The notes: a model not told the origin generated them from the sequence alone. A stretch of 64,000 nt of DNA from an uncultured Clostridia bacterium (GCA_947646415.1 CANSGN010000004.1:3743-67742), one strand, 5' to 3'. Counted from the stretch's first letter, positions 35,249-44,707 are shown. Numbers and translations are program-made.

Positions 35249-37015
35249 TTACTTAGTTCTCTTGATAAGAGCGTCGCACTCTTTAGCAAGTTCTTTTGGA
35301 AGTTTGTCGCCAAACTTAGTGTAGAACTCTTTAATTCCTTCAGCTTCTTTAGCCCAAGCAGCATTATCAACTTCTAGGATAGACTCCAAAGTCTCCAATG
35401 AGCAATCACAGCCATCAAGGTTAATATCTTTTGCATAAGGAACATAACCGATAGCAGTCTCTTTAGCGTCAACAGTACCCTCAATTCTCTTAACCATCCA
35501 ATCAAGAACACGCATATTGTCACCGAAACCAGGCCATACGAAGTTACCGTTTTCATCTTGACGGAACCAGTTAACGTTGAAGAATTTAGGTTGCTTATCG
35601 CTAGGGATTTTGCTACCCATCTCAATCCAATGACCAAAGTAGTCGCCCATGTGGTATCCGCAGAATGGAAGCATAGCCATTGGGTCTCTTCTTAATACGC
35701 CTGTTGCACCTGTAGCTGCAGCAGTAGTTTCAGAAGACATGATAGAGCCAACAAATACACCGTGATTCCAATCTCTTGCTTGATATACAAGTGGAGTAGT
35801 TTTAGCACGACGACCACCAAAGATGAACGCACTCATTGGAACACCTGTAGTAGACTCGAACTCAGAGCTAATGCATGGGCAGTTTACTGCAGGAGCAGTG
35901 AAACGGCTGTTTGGTTGAGCACCTTTAACATCGGAAGTCTTACCATTCCAATCATTACCCTTCCAATCAACAGCATTTTCCGGAGGATTTTTATCCATAC
36001 CTTCCCACCAAACAGTATTGTTCTCTTTATTCAAAACAACGTTTGTGAAGATAGTGTTTTTCTTAGTAGCTTGAAGTGCATTTGGATTTGACTTCATAGA
36101 TGTACCGGGAGCAACACCAAAGAAACCATTTTCAGGGTTGATAGCATAAAGTCTGCCGTCTTTACCAGGTTTAATCCAAGCGATATCGTCGCCTACGCAC
36201 CATACTTTGTAACCTGCTTTCTTATAACCTTCTGGTGGGATAAGCATTGCAAGGTTTGTTTTACCGCAAGCACTTGGGAAAGCAGCGCCCATATAGTAAA
36301 TTTTGCCGTCTGGTTTTTCAATACCAAGGATAAGCATGTGTTCTGCCATCCAACCCTCGTTACGGCCTTGGAAAGATGCGATACGAAGAGCGAAACATTT
36401 TTTACCCAAAAGTACGTTTCCACCATAACCACTGTTAACAGAAATAATAGTGTTATCTTCAGGGAAATGGCAAATATATCTATCATTTTCGTCTATATTG
36501 CATTTTGCATGAGTACCACGAACGAAATCGTTGCTGTCGCCTAGTGCATCAAGTACGTTTTGTCCAACTCTTGTCATAATCTTCATGTTTAGTACAACAT
36601 AAATAGAGTCAGTGATTTCGATACCGATTTTAGCAAGAGGAGAACCTACCGGACCCATTGAGAAAGGAATTACATACATTGTTCTGCCCTTGTAAGCATC
36701 TTTCAAAATACTATTCAATTTCTCATAAGCCTCTGATGGATTCCACCAGTTGTTTGTAGGGCCTGCATTAACTTGCTCTCTGCTACAAATGAAAGTTCTG
36801 CCTTCTACACGAGCAACGTCGTTAACGGCAGTGCGGTGCAAATAGCAACCAGGTAGTAATTCGTCATTAAGTTTAATTAACTCGCCTGTAGCCAATGCTT
36901 CTTCAGTTAGTTTGTTGTAAAGTTCTTCACTTCCGTCAATCCAAACAACGTTGTCAGGATTGCAAAGTTTTTCAACCGATTCAACATACTCTAAAACTTT
37001 TTTGTTCTTAGTCAT
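35249..37015 (-). CDS. pckG: Phosphoenolpyruvate carboxykinase (GTP-dependent)
   Basis: Start moved to MTKNKKVLEYV (ATG 37015, AAGGAG 7 nt upstream). GTP-PEPCK kinase-1a motif FPSACGKTNLAM. About 588 aa. Confidence 0.9.
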   Translation of the reverse strand: MTKNKKVLEYVESVEKLCNPDNVVWIDGSEELYNKLTEEALATGELIKLNDELLPGCYLHRTAVNDVARVEGRTFICSREQVNAGPTNNWWNPSEAYEKLNSILKDAYKGRTMYVIPFSMGPVGSPLAKIGIEITDSIYVVLNMKIMTRVGQNVLDALGDSNDFVRGTHAKCNIDENDRYICHFPEDNTIISVNSGYGGNVLLGKKCFALRIASFQGRNEGWMAEHMLILGIEKPDGKIYYMGAAFPSACGKTNLAMLIPPEGYKKAGYKVWCVGDDIAWIKPGKDGRLYAINPENGFFGVAPGTSMKSNPNALQATKKNTIFTNVVLNKENNTVWWEGMDKNPPENAVDWKGNDWNGKTSDVKGAQPNSRFTAPAVNCPCISSEFESTTGVPMSAFIFGGRRAKTTPLVYQARDWNHGVFVGSIMSSETTAAATGATGVLRRDPMAMLPFCGYHMGDYFGHWIEMGSKIPSDKQPKFFNVNWFRQDENGNFVWPGFGDNMRVLDWMVKRIEGTVDAKETAIGYVPYAKDINLDGCDCSLETLESILEVDNAAWAKEAEGIKEFYTKFGDKLPKELAKECDALIKRTK

Positions 37016-37152
37016 ATTTATACTCCTTTTCAAAAATGTATATTATTAACATATTATATTGTGAAAAATTCCCATTTCCCACTAGATAACATTATAACAA
37101 AATTTTTTTTGCATTGCAAGAACTTTTATAAAATTTTACAAAATTTTCATAA

Positions 37153-37431
37153 TTATTTTGTGCTTTGCTTATTTTTACTATAATCCATTATAAATTTATA
37201 TAATGCAATAATGTCATCGGCATATTCTTTTTCATCGTCTTTCAAAACGCTTAAAACATTATTCAAAACTTGTTGCTCACGCCCCTCATCCAAAACGGCG
37301 ATATTATTAGCTTTTTTATAATTTGCAATATTTTTTACTGCCATCATACGAGTTTTGTAAAAGGATGCGATTGCTATATCCAATGTATCAATAATTTCTC
37401 TGCTGCTTTTTAAATCAATCATAAATTTCAC
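37153..37431 (-). CDS. Chorismate mutase (AroQ class, small)
   Basis: 92-aa helical protein at the end of the aro operon (REIIDTLDIAIASFYKTRMMAVKNIANYK..., EQQVLNNV). Overlaps the aroC stop. Confidence 0.7.
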   Translation of the reverse strand: MKFMIDLKSSREIIDTLDIAIASFYKTRMMAVKNIANYKKANNIAVLDEGREQQVLNNVLSVLKDDEKEYADDIIALYKFIMDYSKNKQSTK

Positions 37432-38488
37432 TCTCCATAATCATATCTAATATTGCTATTGCTGTTACACATTCCACACAAGGTACGGCACGTGCAACTA
37501 CGCAAGGGTCATGTCTGCCCTTAATTTCTATCGTTGTGTCACTCATTTTCTTAAAATCTATTGTATCCTGACACCTTGCAATACTTGGCGTAGGTTTAAC
37601 TTTAACGGCAAATAATATTGGCATGCCATTTGTTATACCTCCGTTAATACCTCCGTCATGATTTGTAATGGTTACAGGTTTACCTCCATCCATTTTATAA
37701 CTGTCATTGTATAAAGAGCCTTTAAGCAAACTTTCCTCGCCGAACTCAATACCTTTAATTGCAGGTATACCGAAAATAGCTTTAGCAATGTTATTTTCAA
37801 CTCCGTCAAACAAAGGAGAGCCTACTCCCGCTTTAATACCTGTTACAACACACTCAATCCTACCGCCTACACTGTCAAGGTTTTCACGTGCGGTCAAAAT
37901 TTCCTCACGCATTTTATCCTCGTTTGCAATAGCTTGTATTTGCTTTTCTCTTAATATTTCAAAAGTATTTTTGTCCAACCTGTTGCCAAGTCTTTGGCCT
38001 TTCACACTCCCAATTTCAAAAATATTCGCACAAATGTCAATGCCTTTATTTTTTAGGATAGCCATACACAAACTGCCCGCCATAACCATTGGAGTGGTAA
38101 GTCTTCCCGAAAAATGTCCGCCACCGCGAATATCGTTAAAACCTTTATACCTTACAAAACCGCTGTAGTCGGCATGTGATGGTCTTGCAACAGTAGCTAT
38201 ATTCGAGTAATCTTTGCTGTGCTGTCCTACATTATATATTACCATTGTAAGCGGAGTTCCTGTGGTGTAATCATTGTAAACACCGCTCAAAAACTGCACT
38301 TCGTCCGCCTCTACTCTTGCAGTCATAGTTTTATCTTTACCTGTCGCACGTTTACTCAAATATTTACTTATTAAATTTTTATCAACATACTCTCCGCTGG
38401 GAAGTCCGTTGATAACGACACCCACAGCATTACCGTGAGATTCTCCGAAAATACTGATTTCCAAATTTTTACCTAATGTTGATGACAT
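37415..38488 (-). CDS. aroC: Chorismate synthase
   Basis: 357 aa. N-terminal GKNLEISIFGESHG and SHADYSGFVRY-type motifs. Confidence 0.9.
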   Translation of the reverse strand: MSSTLGKNLEISIFGESHGNAVGVVINGLPSGEYVDKNLISKYLSKRATGKDKTMTARVEADEVQFLSGVYNDYTTGTPLTMVIYNVGQHSKDYSNIATVARPSHADYSGFVRYKGFNDIRGGGHFSGRLTTPMVMAGSLCMAILKNKGIDICANIFEIGSVKGQRLGNRLDKNTFEILREKQIQAIANEDKMREEILTARENLDSVGGRIECVVTGIKAGVGSPLFDGVENNIAKAIFGIPAIKGIEFGEESLLKGSLYNDSYKMDGGKPVTITNHDGGINGGITNGMPILFAVKVKPTPSIARCQDTIDFKKMSDTTIEIKGRHDPCVVARAVPCVECVTAIAILDMIMESEIYD

Positions 38489-40727
38489 TTATCACACCTC
38501 CCAAAGCGACATAATTTTCCCAAAAATCGGGATAACTTTTTTTGACAACTTGCGCATTTTTCACAGTCACTTTTCCGTCCGCAAAAGTTGCCAATATTGC
38601 AGCTGTCATAGCCATTCTGTGGTCGCCGTAACTATCGACAATTACCCTGCCTTTTACTGTTCCTCCGACAATTACCAAATCGTCGCCCACTATACTTGCC
38701 TTAATTCCAAATGTATTTAAAATTTCGCAAGTTGCAGCCAATCTGTCGCACTCTTTTATCCTAAGTCTTGCACAATTTTTTAAAGTTGAAGTTCCTTTCA
38801 ATTTTGCAAGTAACACGCCGAAAATCGGGGCTAAATCTGGAATATTAGAAATATCAATGTCCAAAGCCAAACCTTGTTCAGCCTTTTTTACAATCTCCAA
38901 AACTATTTTATCCCCTTGTTTGGAGTTATCTTGCGCTATAGGCAAATGTACTCCTCCCACTTCCCAAAAAGCAAGATTGCTGTAGTCAACTTCCGGTGAT
39001 AAATCATACTTCGTTCCGTCAATTTTTTTAGGGATAACTACAAAGCTGTTTTTCTCTTCCACCACTTCGCAACCAAATTGTTTTAACACTTGAATAGTCA
39101 TATCGACATATCCGCGCGATACAAGTTGTCCCGTCAAATTTATGGTAATTTTTTTATTGCTTGCATAAGCTCCAAGCATAATACCACTTACAAATTGCGA
39201 GGACATATTTCCGTTGATGGTAATTTCGTCCATATCGTAATTTCCGTAAATATTCAATGGCAAGCCGCTTGTTTTATCAAAATTAACTTTGCTACCCATG
39301 GCTGTAATTATATCCTCGTAGCCACGCTCGCCAAGTCTTTCAGTGCCTGTAAATTGCGTTTTTATACCAAGCATAGCACAGATAGGTATAAAAAATCTAA
39401 ATGTACTGCCACACTCCCCGCAATCTATTACCGCACTATTTGTTAAGTTAAAGCCGTTAAATGTTACATTATTTTTGTTTATCACAAAATCTGCACCAAT
39501 ATTTTTCAAGGCATTTAAAGTTGCTTTGATATCATTGCTTAATACAACATTGCTTACCACTGCTTTACCACCGCAAAAAGCCGACATAATCAAAAGTCTG
39601 TGTAAATGCGATTTTGATGGCGGAGGACATATACTTCCGCTCAATTTACTTGGGGTAATCTCTATATCAAAAGTACTTTCTTTCACGCTTTCCGTCAAAT
39701 TGATTGGTGCACCAAGTTTTACATTTTCCAATCTGCAATCCCCAATGGCATAAGGACGTGCGATTGTTAAATAATCTCCATGACGCTTTTTGTCATTGCC
39801 TGCATTTGCCCACAATTCGTCAGCAGACAATTTGTAATCAATCGGCATATTGTATTTTTGAGCAACTGCTTTGATTTTTTGCAAAATAAAATCGATTTCA
39901 CTGCTACCTGCAAATTTTTGAGCAATGTAAAACATTCCGATAAGTACAGCCTTGCCGTGTGCCAAAGTATATTTACTATCCTTTTCAATAACGTGTCCCA
40001 ATGTATGTCCTAAATTTAAAAGCTGTCTTTTGCCTTTGTCAAATACATCTCCGCTTACATACTCGTCTTTTATTTTTACACATATTTCTATAATTTCACT
40101 TATATTGTCAAACAATTTACCGTTTAATAGCAAATCAAAAAGACCTTTGTCCTCAAGCACTCCGTATTTAGCAATTTCTCCAATACCATCCGCTATCAAA
40201 TCGTAGGACAATGTAGCCAAAACATTTGTGTCACAAATAACTACTTTAGGCTGATAAAACGAGCCTACTTGATTTTTACCCGCAGTGATATTAACAGCGG
40301 TTTTTCCTCCAACCGAAGAGTCCACCATACTAAGCAATGTGGTAGGTATATTGATAAAATCAACACCGCGCAAATAACTGCTTGCCGCAAAACCGACCAT
40401 ATCTCCGCATACACCGCCGCCCAAAGCAATTACCAAGTCAGTACGAGTAATTTGAGACTTGGCCAAAAAATCGTAAATTTTTGACAGTTCCGCTAGACAC
40501 TTACTGCTCTCTCCGTTAGGGAAAGAGTAGGTAAAAATTTGGTTTGAATATCCCTTAAAGCTCGTAACAACTTTGTCAAGATACAATTTTTCCACAAGAC
40601 TATCTGTTATAACAGCAATCCTGTCATAACTTTTTATTTGATTGACCAAACTTCCTACTTCATTAAGCAAGCCGTCTCGCACAAGTACATTATAAGTTGG
40701 ATTTGTATTGATTTTAATAACTCTCAT
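38469..40727 (-). CDS. aroB/aroA: Fused 3-dehydroquinate synthase (AroB, N-terminal ~345 aa) / 3-phosphoshikimate 1-carboxyvinyltransferase (AroA, C-terminal ~405 aa)
   Basis: Single 752-aa ORF. N-half has DHQS motifs (LGGGVCGDMVGFAAS, NLGHTLGH). C-half has EPSPS motifs (PPSKSHLHRLLIMSA, RIKECDRL, DHRMAM). Confidence 0.85.
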   Translation of the reverse strand: MRVIKINTNPTYNVLVRDGLLNEVGSLVNQIKSYDRIAVITDSLVEKLYLDKVVTSFKGYSNQIFTYSFPNGESSKCLAELSKIYDFLAKSQITRTDLVIALGGGVCGDMVGFAASSYLRGVDFINIPTTLLSMVDSSVGGKTAVNITAGKNQVGSFYQPKVVICDTNVLATLSYDLIADGIGEIAKYGVLEDKGLFDLLLNGKLFDNISEIIEICVKIKDEYVSGDVFDKGKRQLLNLGHTLGHVIEKDSKYTLAHGKAVLIGMFYIAQKFAGSSEIDFILQKIKAVAQKYNMPIDYKLSADELWANAGNDKKRHGDYLTIARPYAIGDCRLENVKLGAPINLTESVKESTFDIEITPSKLSGSICPPPSKSHLHRLLIMSAFCGGKAVVSNVVLSNDIKATLNALKNIGADFVINKNNVTFNGFNLTNSAVIDCGECGSTFRFFIPICAMLGIKTQFTGTERLGERGYEDIITAMGSKVNFDKTSGLPLNIYGNYDMDEITINGNMSSQFVSGIMLGAYASNKKITINLTGQLVSRGYVDMTIQVLKQFGCEVVEEKNSFVVIPKKIDGTKYDLSPEVDYSNLAFWEVGGVHLPIAQDNSKQGDKIVLEIVKKAEQGLALDIDISNIPDLAPIFGVLLAKLKGTSTLKNCARLRIKECDRLAATCEILNTFGIKASIVGDDLVIVGGTVKGRVIVDSYGDHRMAMTAAILATFADGKVTVKNAQVVKKSYPDFWENYVALGGVINVINIR

Positions 40728-40745
40728 ATTTCAACCGATTATTGA

Positions 40746-41165
40746 TTAGTTTAGCAAAGCTTGCAATGCCAATTTGTATGATTTTTCTCCAAATCCCGCA
40801 ATTACTCCTACGCAAACTGCGGAAATTACAGATGTATGCCTGAACTCTTCACGCTTATGAACATTACTTAAATGCACTTCAACGCAAGGAGTTTCTATAC
40901 TGCTTATTGCATCTCTTATCGCAATGGAATAGTGTGTATATGCCCCGGCATTCAAAATGATTCCGTCGTACAATCTGCCACTATGGATAAATTCTACTAT
41001 TTCGCCCTCGATATTGCTTTGTACAAATTCGATTTCCGCACCATAAGCTTTCGCTTGTACTGCCAAATCTTTGTTTATATCGTCCAAGCTTTTTCCGCCA
41101 TAAATGTGCGGCTCTCTTACGCCTAGCATATCCAAATTCACACCATTAATAACTAATATTTTCAT
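40746..41165 (-). CDS. aroQ: 3-dehydroquinate dehydratase, type II
   Basis: 139 aa. MKILVINGVNLDMLGVREPHIYG and HLSNVHKREEFRH motifs. Confidence 0.9.
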   Translation of the reverse strand: MKILVINGVNLDMLGVREPHIYGGKSLDDINKDLAVQAKAYGAEIEFVQSNIEGEIVEFIHSGRLYDGIILNAGAYTHYSIAIRDAISSIETPCVEVHLSNVHKREEFRHTSVISAVCVGVIAGFGEKSYKLALQALLN

Positions 41166-41656
41166 ATTTTCTCCTTTACAAATCGTACAATTTGCTCCGT
41201 CATTTTTTTCAAATTATTGCCATATACTGTTAAATTTGCCACTTTTTTATAATGCGCAACCCTATCGTTGTAATGTTCTTCAAGTTCCGACTTGTTTTTT
41301 TGCTTTACTATCGGCCTGTCAGTCGTTTTTATTCTTTTATAGCAATCTTCAAATGAACTGTCAATATAAACCACAAACATACCATTTAGCAGTTTTTTGT
41401 TTTCGTCCGCAATCGGAACACCCCCGCCTAACGAAAGCACAGTGTTGTCAGCGTTTAAAAAACTTGCTAAAGCCGAATATTCACACTGCCTGAAATACGC
41501 TTCCCCATAATCAGCAAAAATTTGAGGTATACTCATGTTCTCTTTTTTCTCAATATAATCATCAAGGTCAACAAAGTCAAAAGCCAATTTTTTAGCAAGC
41601 ATTTTGCCTAAAGTGCTTTTGCCACTCCCCATATATCCACACAATGCAATTACCAT
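41162..41656 (-). CDS. aroK: Shikimate kinase
   Basis: 164 aa. Walker A GYMGSGKSTLGKMLA and the GGG motif LSLGGGV. Confidence 0.85.
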   Translation of the reverse strand: MVIALCGYMGSGKSTLGKMLAKKLAFDFVDLDDYIEKKENMSIPQIFADYGEAYFRQCEYSALASFLNADNTVLSLGGGVPIADENKKLLNGMFVVYIDSSFEDCYKRIKTTDRPIVKQKNKSELEEHYNDRVAHYKKVANLTVYGNNLKKMTEQIVRFVKEKI

Positions 41657-42447
41657 TTTTTATCTAGCTCCTTTTGAGTGTAAAGAATGATATATTTTAT
41701 GTCTTTTTCCTCAAACTTACCGCCGTACCAATATTCGTGTGATTTTACGGCTTGCAAAACAAGCATGTCCAATCCGTTTTTATATTTGCAACCGCACTCT
41801 TTTGCATACTTTAAAAGCTTGGTTTCGTATGGGTTATAAATTGTGTCATACACAGATTTTGCATTTTGAATAACATTTTTTTCTATCGGCGAACTGTTTA
41901 TATCTGGGTACATACCTACAGGCGTACTGTTTACTATCAAATCAAACTGTTGATTAGAAATATTTTGTATATCAACCACTTTTACTTCGCCAAATTGACA
42001 TTTAATATCTTTAATTTTACTATCCGTCAAATTACGTATTGCTATCCACAAATTGCAAGCCGCATATTGTTTGGCTATCATACTGCCTACTCCGCCACAA
42101 CCCAACAAAAGTACACTGCAATTAAAATCGCTTTCTATTTCGCTTACGCTTTTCGTGTAGCCGTAAACATCTGTATTATACCCCTTAAAATCGCGGTCAA
42201 CACAATTAACTACACCTAAATTTTTGGCACTTTTATGAATACTTTCGCACAAATTAAATACGTCTTTTTTATACGGTATTGTAACATTAAAGCCGTCCAA
42301 CTTGCTGCTTTTTACAAAGTCATTTACATTGTCCGTCTCATAAAGCTTATATTCTGCATGCACTCCGCTTATCTCAAACAGTTGATTGTGAATATATGGC
42401 GATAGCGAATGTCCCAATTTTTTTCCTAAAAGTCCGTATTTTTCCAT
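41650..42447 (-). CDS. aroE: Shikimate dehydrogenase
   Basis: 265 aa. LGHSLSPYIHN N-terminal motif and NAD(P) site LLLGCGGVGSMI. Confidence 0.85.
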   Translation of the reverse strand: MEKYGLLGKKLGHSLSPYIHNQLFEISGVHAEYKLYETDNVNDFVKSSKLDGFNVTIPYKKDVFNLCESIHKSAKNLGVVNCVDRDFKGYNTDVYGYTKSVSEIESDFNCSVLLLGCGGVGSMIAKQYAACNLWIAIRNLTDSKIKDIKCQFGEVKVVDIQNISNQQFDLIVNSTPVGMYPDINSSPIEKNVIQNAKSVYDTIYNPYETKLLKYAKECGCKYKNGLDMLVLQAVKSHEYWYGGKFEEKDIKYIILYTQKELDKKW

Positions 42448-42530
42448 AATTTTTATTTTATATTACATATCTTATTGTCAAAATATTATACGTTTAAAAT
42501 TTAATAAACCAACTCACAAATATGCTATTT

Positions 42531-43184
42531 TTACTTTATTTGTTCCAAAATTTTTACTATATCCATTGGTTTTTCCGCAATATATTTTACACCTAGCTCT
42601 TCATGCAATTCCCTTGGTCTAAAACCCCAAGTTACAGCAATAAATTTAAGTCCGCTGTTTTTTGCGGTTTCAAAGTCAACTTCGGAATCCCCTATATAAA
42701 CACTTTCCTCCGACTTTGCCCCCATAAGCTCCAAAGCATACCAAACACCGCTTGGGTTTGGCTTGGGTTGTACTTTTTCACTCTCTCCTATAGCAACAGA
42801 CAAATAACCTGTAAACAATTTTTGGGCAAGTTCCTTTACACCCGCATCAAATTTGTTGGAAACAACACTCATTTTTATACCTTTTGCTTGCAAAACTTGC
42901 ATAAGCTCTAAAATACCATCATAAGGACAAGTGTTGTCATTTTTGTGTAAATTGTAGTGTCCCATAAACTTTTTAAAGCAAATGTCAAACTCCTCAGCGG
43001 TATATCCCTTTGGCATTGCTCGGTCGATAAGCACTTTTACCCCGTTTCCTACAAAAGATAAAACTTCCATCATGCTCCTTTTAGGATAACCGCACTCTGC
43101 CAAAGCAAAATTGACACTATTATACAAATCGTCGATAGTATTTAAAATAGTACCATCCATATCAAAAACTACATTTTTTATCAT
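42531..43184 (-). CDS. HAD-IA family hydrolase (phosphoglycolate phosphatase-like)
   Basis: 217 aa. HAD motifs VVFDMDGTILNT, SNK and GDSEVD. Confidence 0.75.
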   Translation of the reverse strand: MIKNVVFDMDGTILNTIDDLYNSVNFALAECGYPKRSMMEVLSFVGNGVKVLIDRAMPKGYTAEEFDICFKKFMGHYNLHKNDNTCPYDGILELMQVLQAKGIKMSVVSNKFDAGVKELAQKLFTGYLSVAIGESEKVQPKPNPSGVWYALELMGAKSEESVYIGDSEVDFETAKNSGLKFIAVTWGFRPRELHEELGVKYIAEKPMDIVKILEQIK

Positions 43185-43534
43185 TTTAACTCCACAAATT
43201 TTGCGTATAAAACACCACTTTAATATTAATAATTATAAACCATTAACCCGTATTTTGTCAATAATCACAACTAAAAAGTATATTTATTATTTATATATCA
43301 AATAAAACCCGTGCTTATATTGGGCACAAAATTGCGATTAATAATTTAATTAGCTATAAAATATTTTTGTTAATAAAAAATCTAGTTGAATATTAAAAAA
43401 AAATAAATCCGACGAAAATATCGAATTTATTTTACTACAACAAAATGTTAAATCTACATTTATATGTTAATTAATATTTTAAATACAAAACATTACGTTT
43501 AGCAACATTACATTTAAAATTATTACCTCAATAC

Positions 43535-44332
43535 TTACACATTTTCCAAGGCATCCCTCAAATATTGCGGTATACTAATTGGATCAGACCCTAGCATATA
43601 AATAAATTTACCCTCTCTATCTTCGTCACCATATATAAATGTACAAATCAAATCATTTCCTACAATCTTGATTGTAAAATCTTCAAAATCACTACCTTTA
43701 ATACCATGATATATTCCATCGTCTTTCTTTTCAAAAAGCAAATCAAGGTCATTTTCGCCGAATATCATTAAATCATATATATTTATAATATCTTTAGGTG
43801 CGGAAACTTCTGGTAGCATTTCTATATAAAAATTGAGATAATCGCAAATATCATCGATACTTTCCAACTTTAAAATCTCCCAACGACTCAAATCTGCACT
43901 ATCAATAGGACCATAAAAATAGTTTGCCTTATTCTTTTCTGTAATTTCTAAGTATTTTACAGTTTCTAGATTACTAAACATACAAATATTTCCATGAATT
44001 GTGATTTTAATATCGCTATAAGCGGGTTGATAAAATGATTTTGACGAACTAGCTTTCCATACATTCATATATTCCTTTATAGTAGCATTCGGGCTTATAA
44101 TGTTTTCCTCATTATTGCCACCATCGTTTCCGCCATTTTCAATGTCACTATGATTTCCGCCATTTTCGGTATTCCCACCTTGGTTATTTCCTCCACCGAT
44201 AATTTCTTCACTATCATTGCCATTGTTTCCGCTGTTGTTGCCACCTACAGTTCCATCACAAGCAACAAGTGCCATACATGCTATTATCGCAATAACAATA
44301 ATTGCAACAATCAAAAAAACTTTTTTCTTCAT
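43535..44332 (-). CDS. Hypothetical surface lipoprotein with Gly/Asn-rich linker
   Basis: 265 aa. Signal peptide with lipobox LVACDG, a ~60-aa GGNN-rich low-complexity linker, then a ~170-aa domain of unknown family. RBS AAGGAG. Confidence 0.6.
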   Translation of the reverse strand: MKKKVFLIVAIIVIAIIACMALVACDGTVGGNNSGNNGNDSEEIIGGGNNQGGNTENGGNHSDIENGGNDGGNNEENIISPNATIKEYMNVWKASSSKSFYQPAYSDIKITIHGNICMFSNLETVKYLEITEKNKANYFYGPIDSADLSRWEILKLESIDDICDYLNFYIEMLPEVSAPKDIINIYDLMIFGENDLDLLFEKKDDGIYHGIKGSDFEDFTIKIVGNDLICTFIYGDEDREGKFIYMLGSDPISIPQYLRDALENV

Positions 44333-44402
44333 AAAAACTCCTTTTTATCCAATTAGTATTTATTGATAAAATTTCAAATTTAAACGGTCATTATGCATTT
44401 AT

Positions 44403-44432
44403 CTGTCAGAAAAGGTATACTTTTTCTGACAG
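44403..44432. repeat. Palindrome S3 (candidate serine-recombinase crossover/binding site)
   Basis: CTGTCAGAAAAGGTATACTTTTTCTGACAG, 70 bp upstream of the 43535..44332 start codon. Confidence 0.7.
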
Positions 44433-44440
44433 TTAATCAG

Positions 44441-44469
44441 TTGACATAAAAATTTATTTGTTGTACAAT
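44441..44469 (+). promoter_or_regulatory. Near-consensus sigma-A promoter inside the S3-S4 cassette, pointing away from the lipoprotein gene
   Basis: TTGACA (44441..44446), 17-nt spacer, TACAAT (44464..44469). Confidence 0.45.
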
Positions 44470-44538
44470 AAATATATTATAAAAGGATAAAATTTTAAAA
44501 AATATAACCTTTATTTATACAATTTACACAAAATCAAA

Positions 44539-44568
44539 GTGTCAGAAAAAGTATACTTTTTTTGACAC
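44539..44568. repeat. Palindrome S4 (candidate serine-recombinase crossover/binding site)
   Basis: GTGTCAGAAAAAGTATACTTTTTTTGACAC, 136 bp from S3. On the plus strand it is followed by TTTTT. Confidence 0.7.
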
Positions 44569-44707
44569 TTTTTGCACAATATGAAAAATATCTATATAAC
44601 AAATGCTCGTAATTTATTATTACAGTACATTAACAAGCAAATCATTGTTTCATAAAAGTACAAAAAGATATGCAAAGCATACCTTTTTGTTTAAAAAATT
44701 TTAAATT

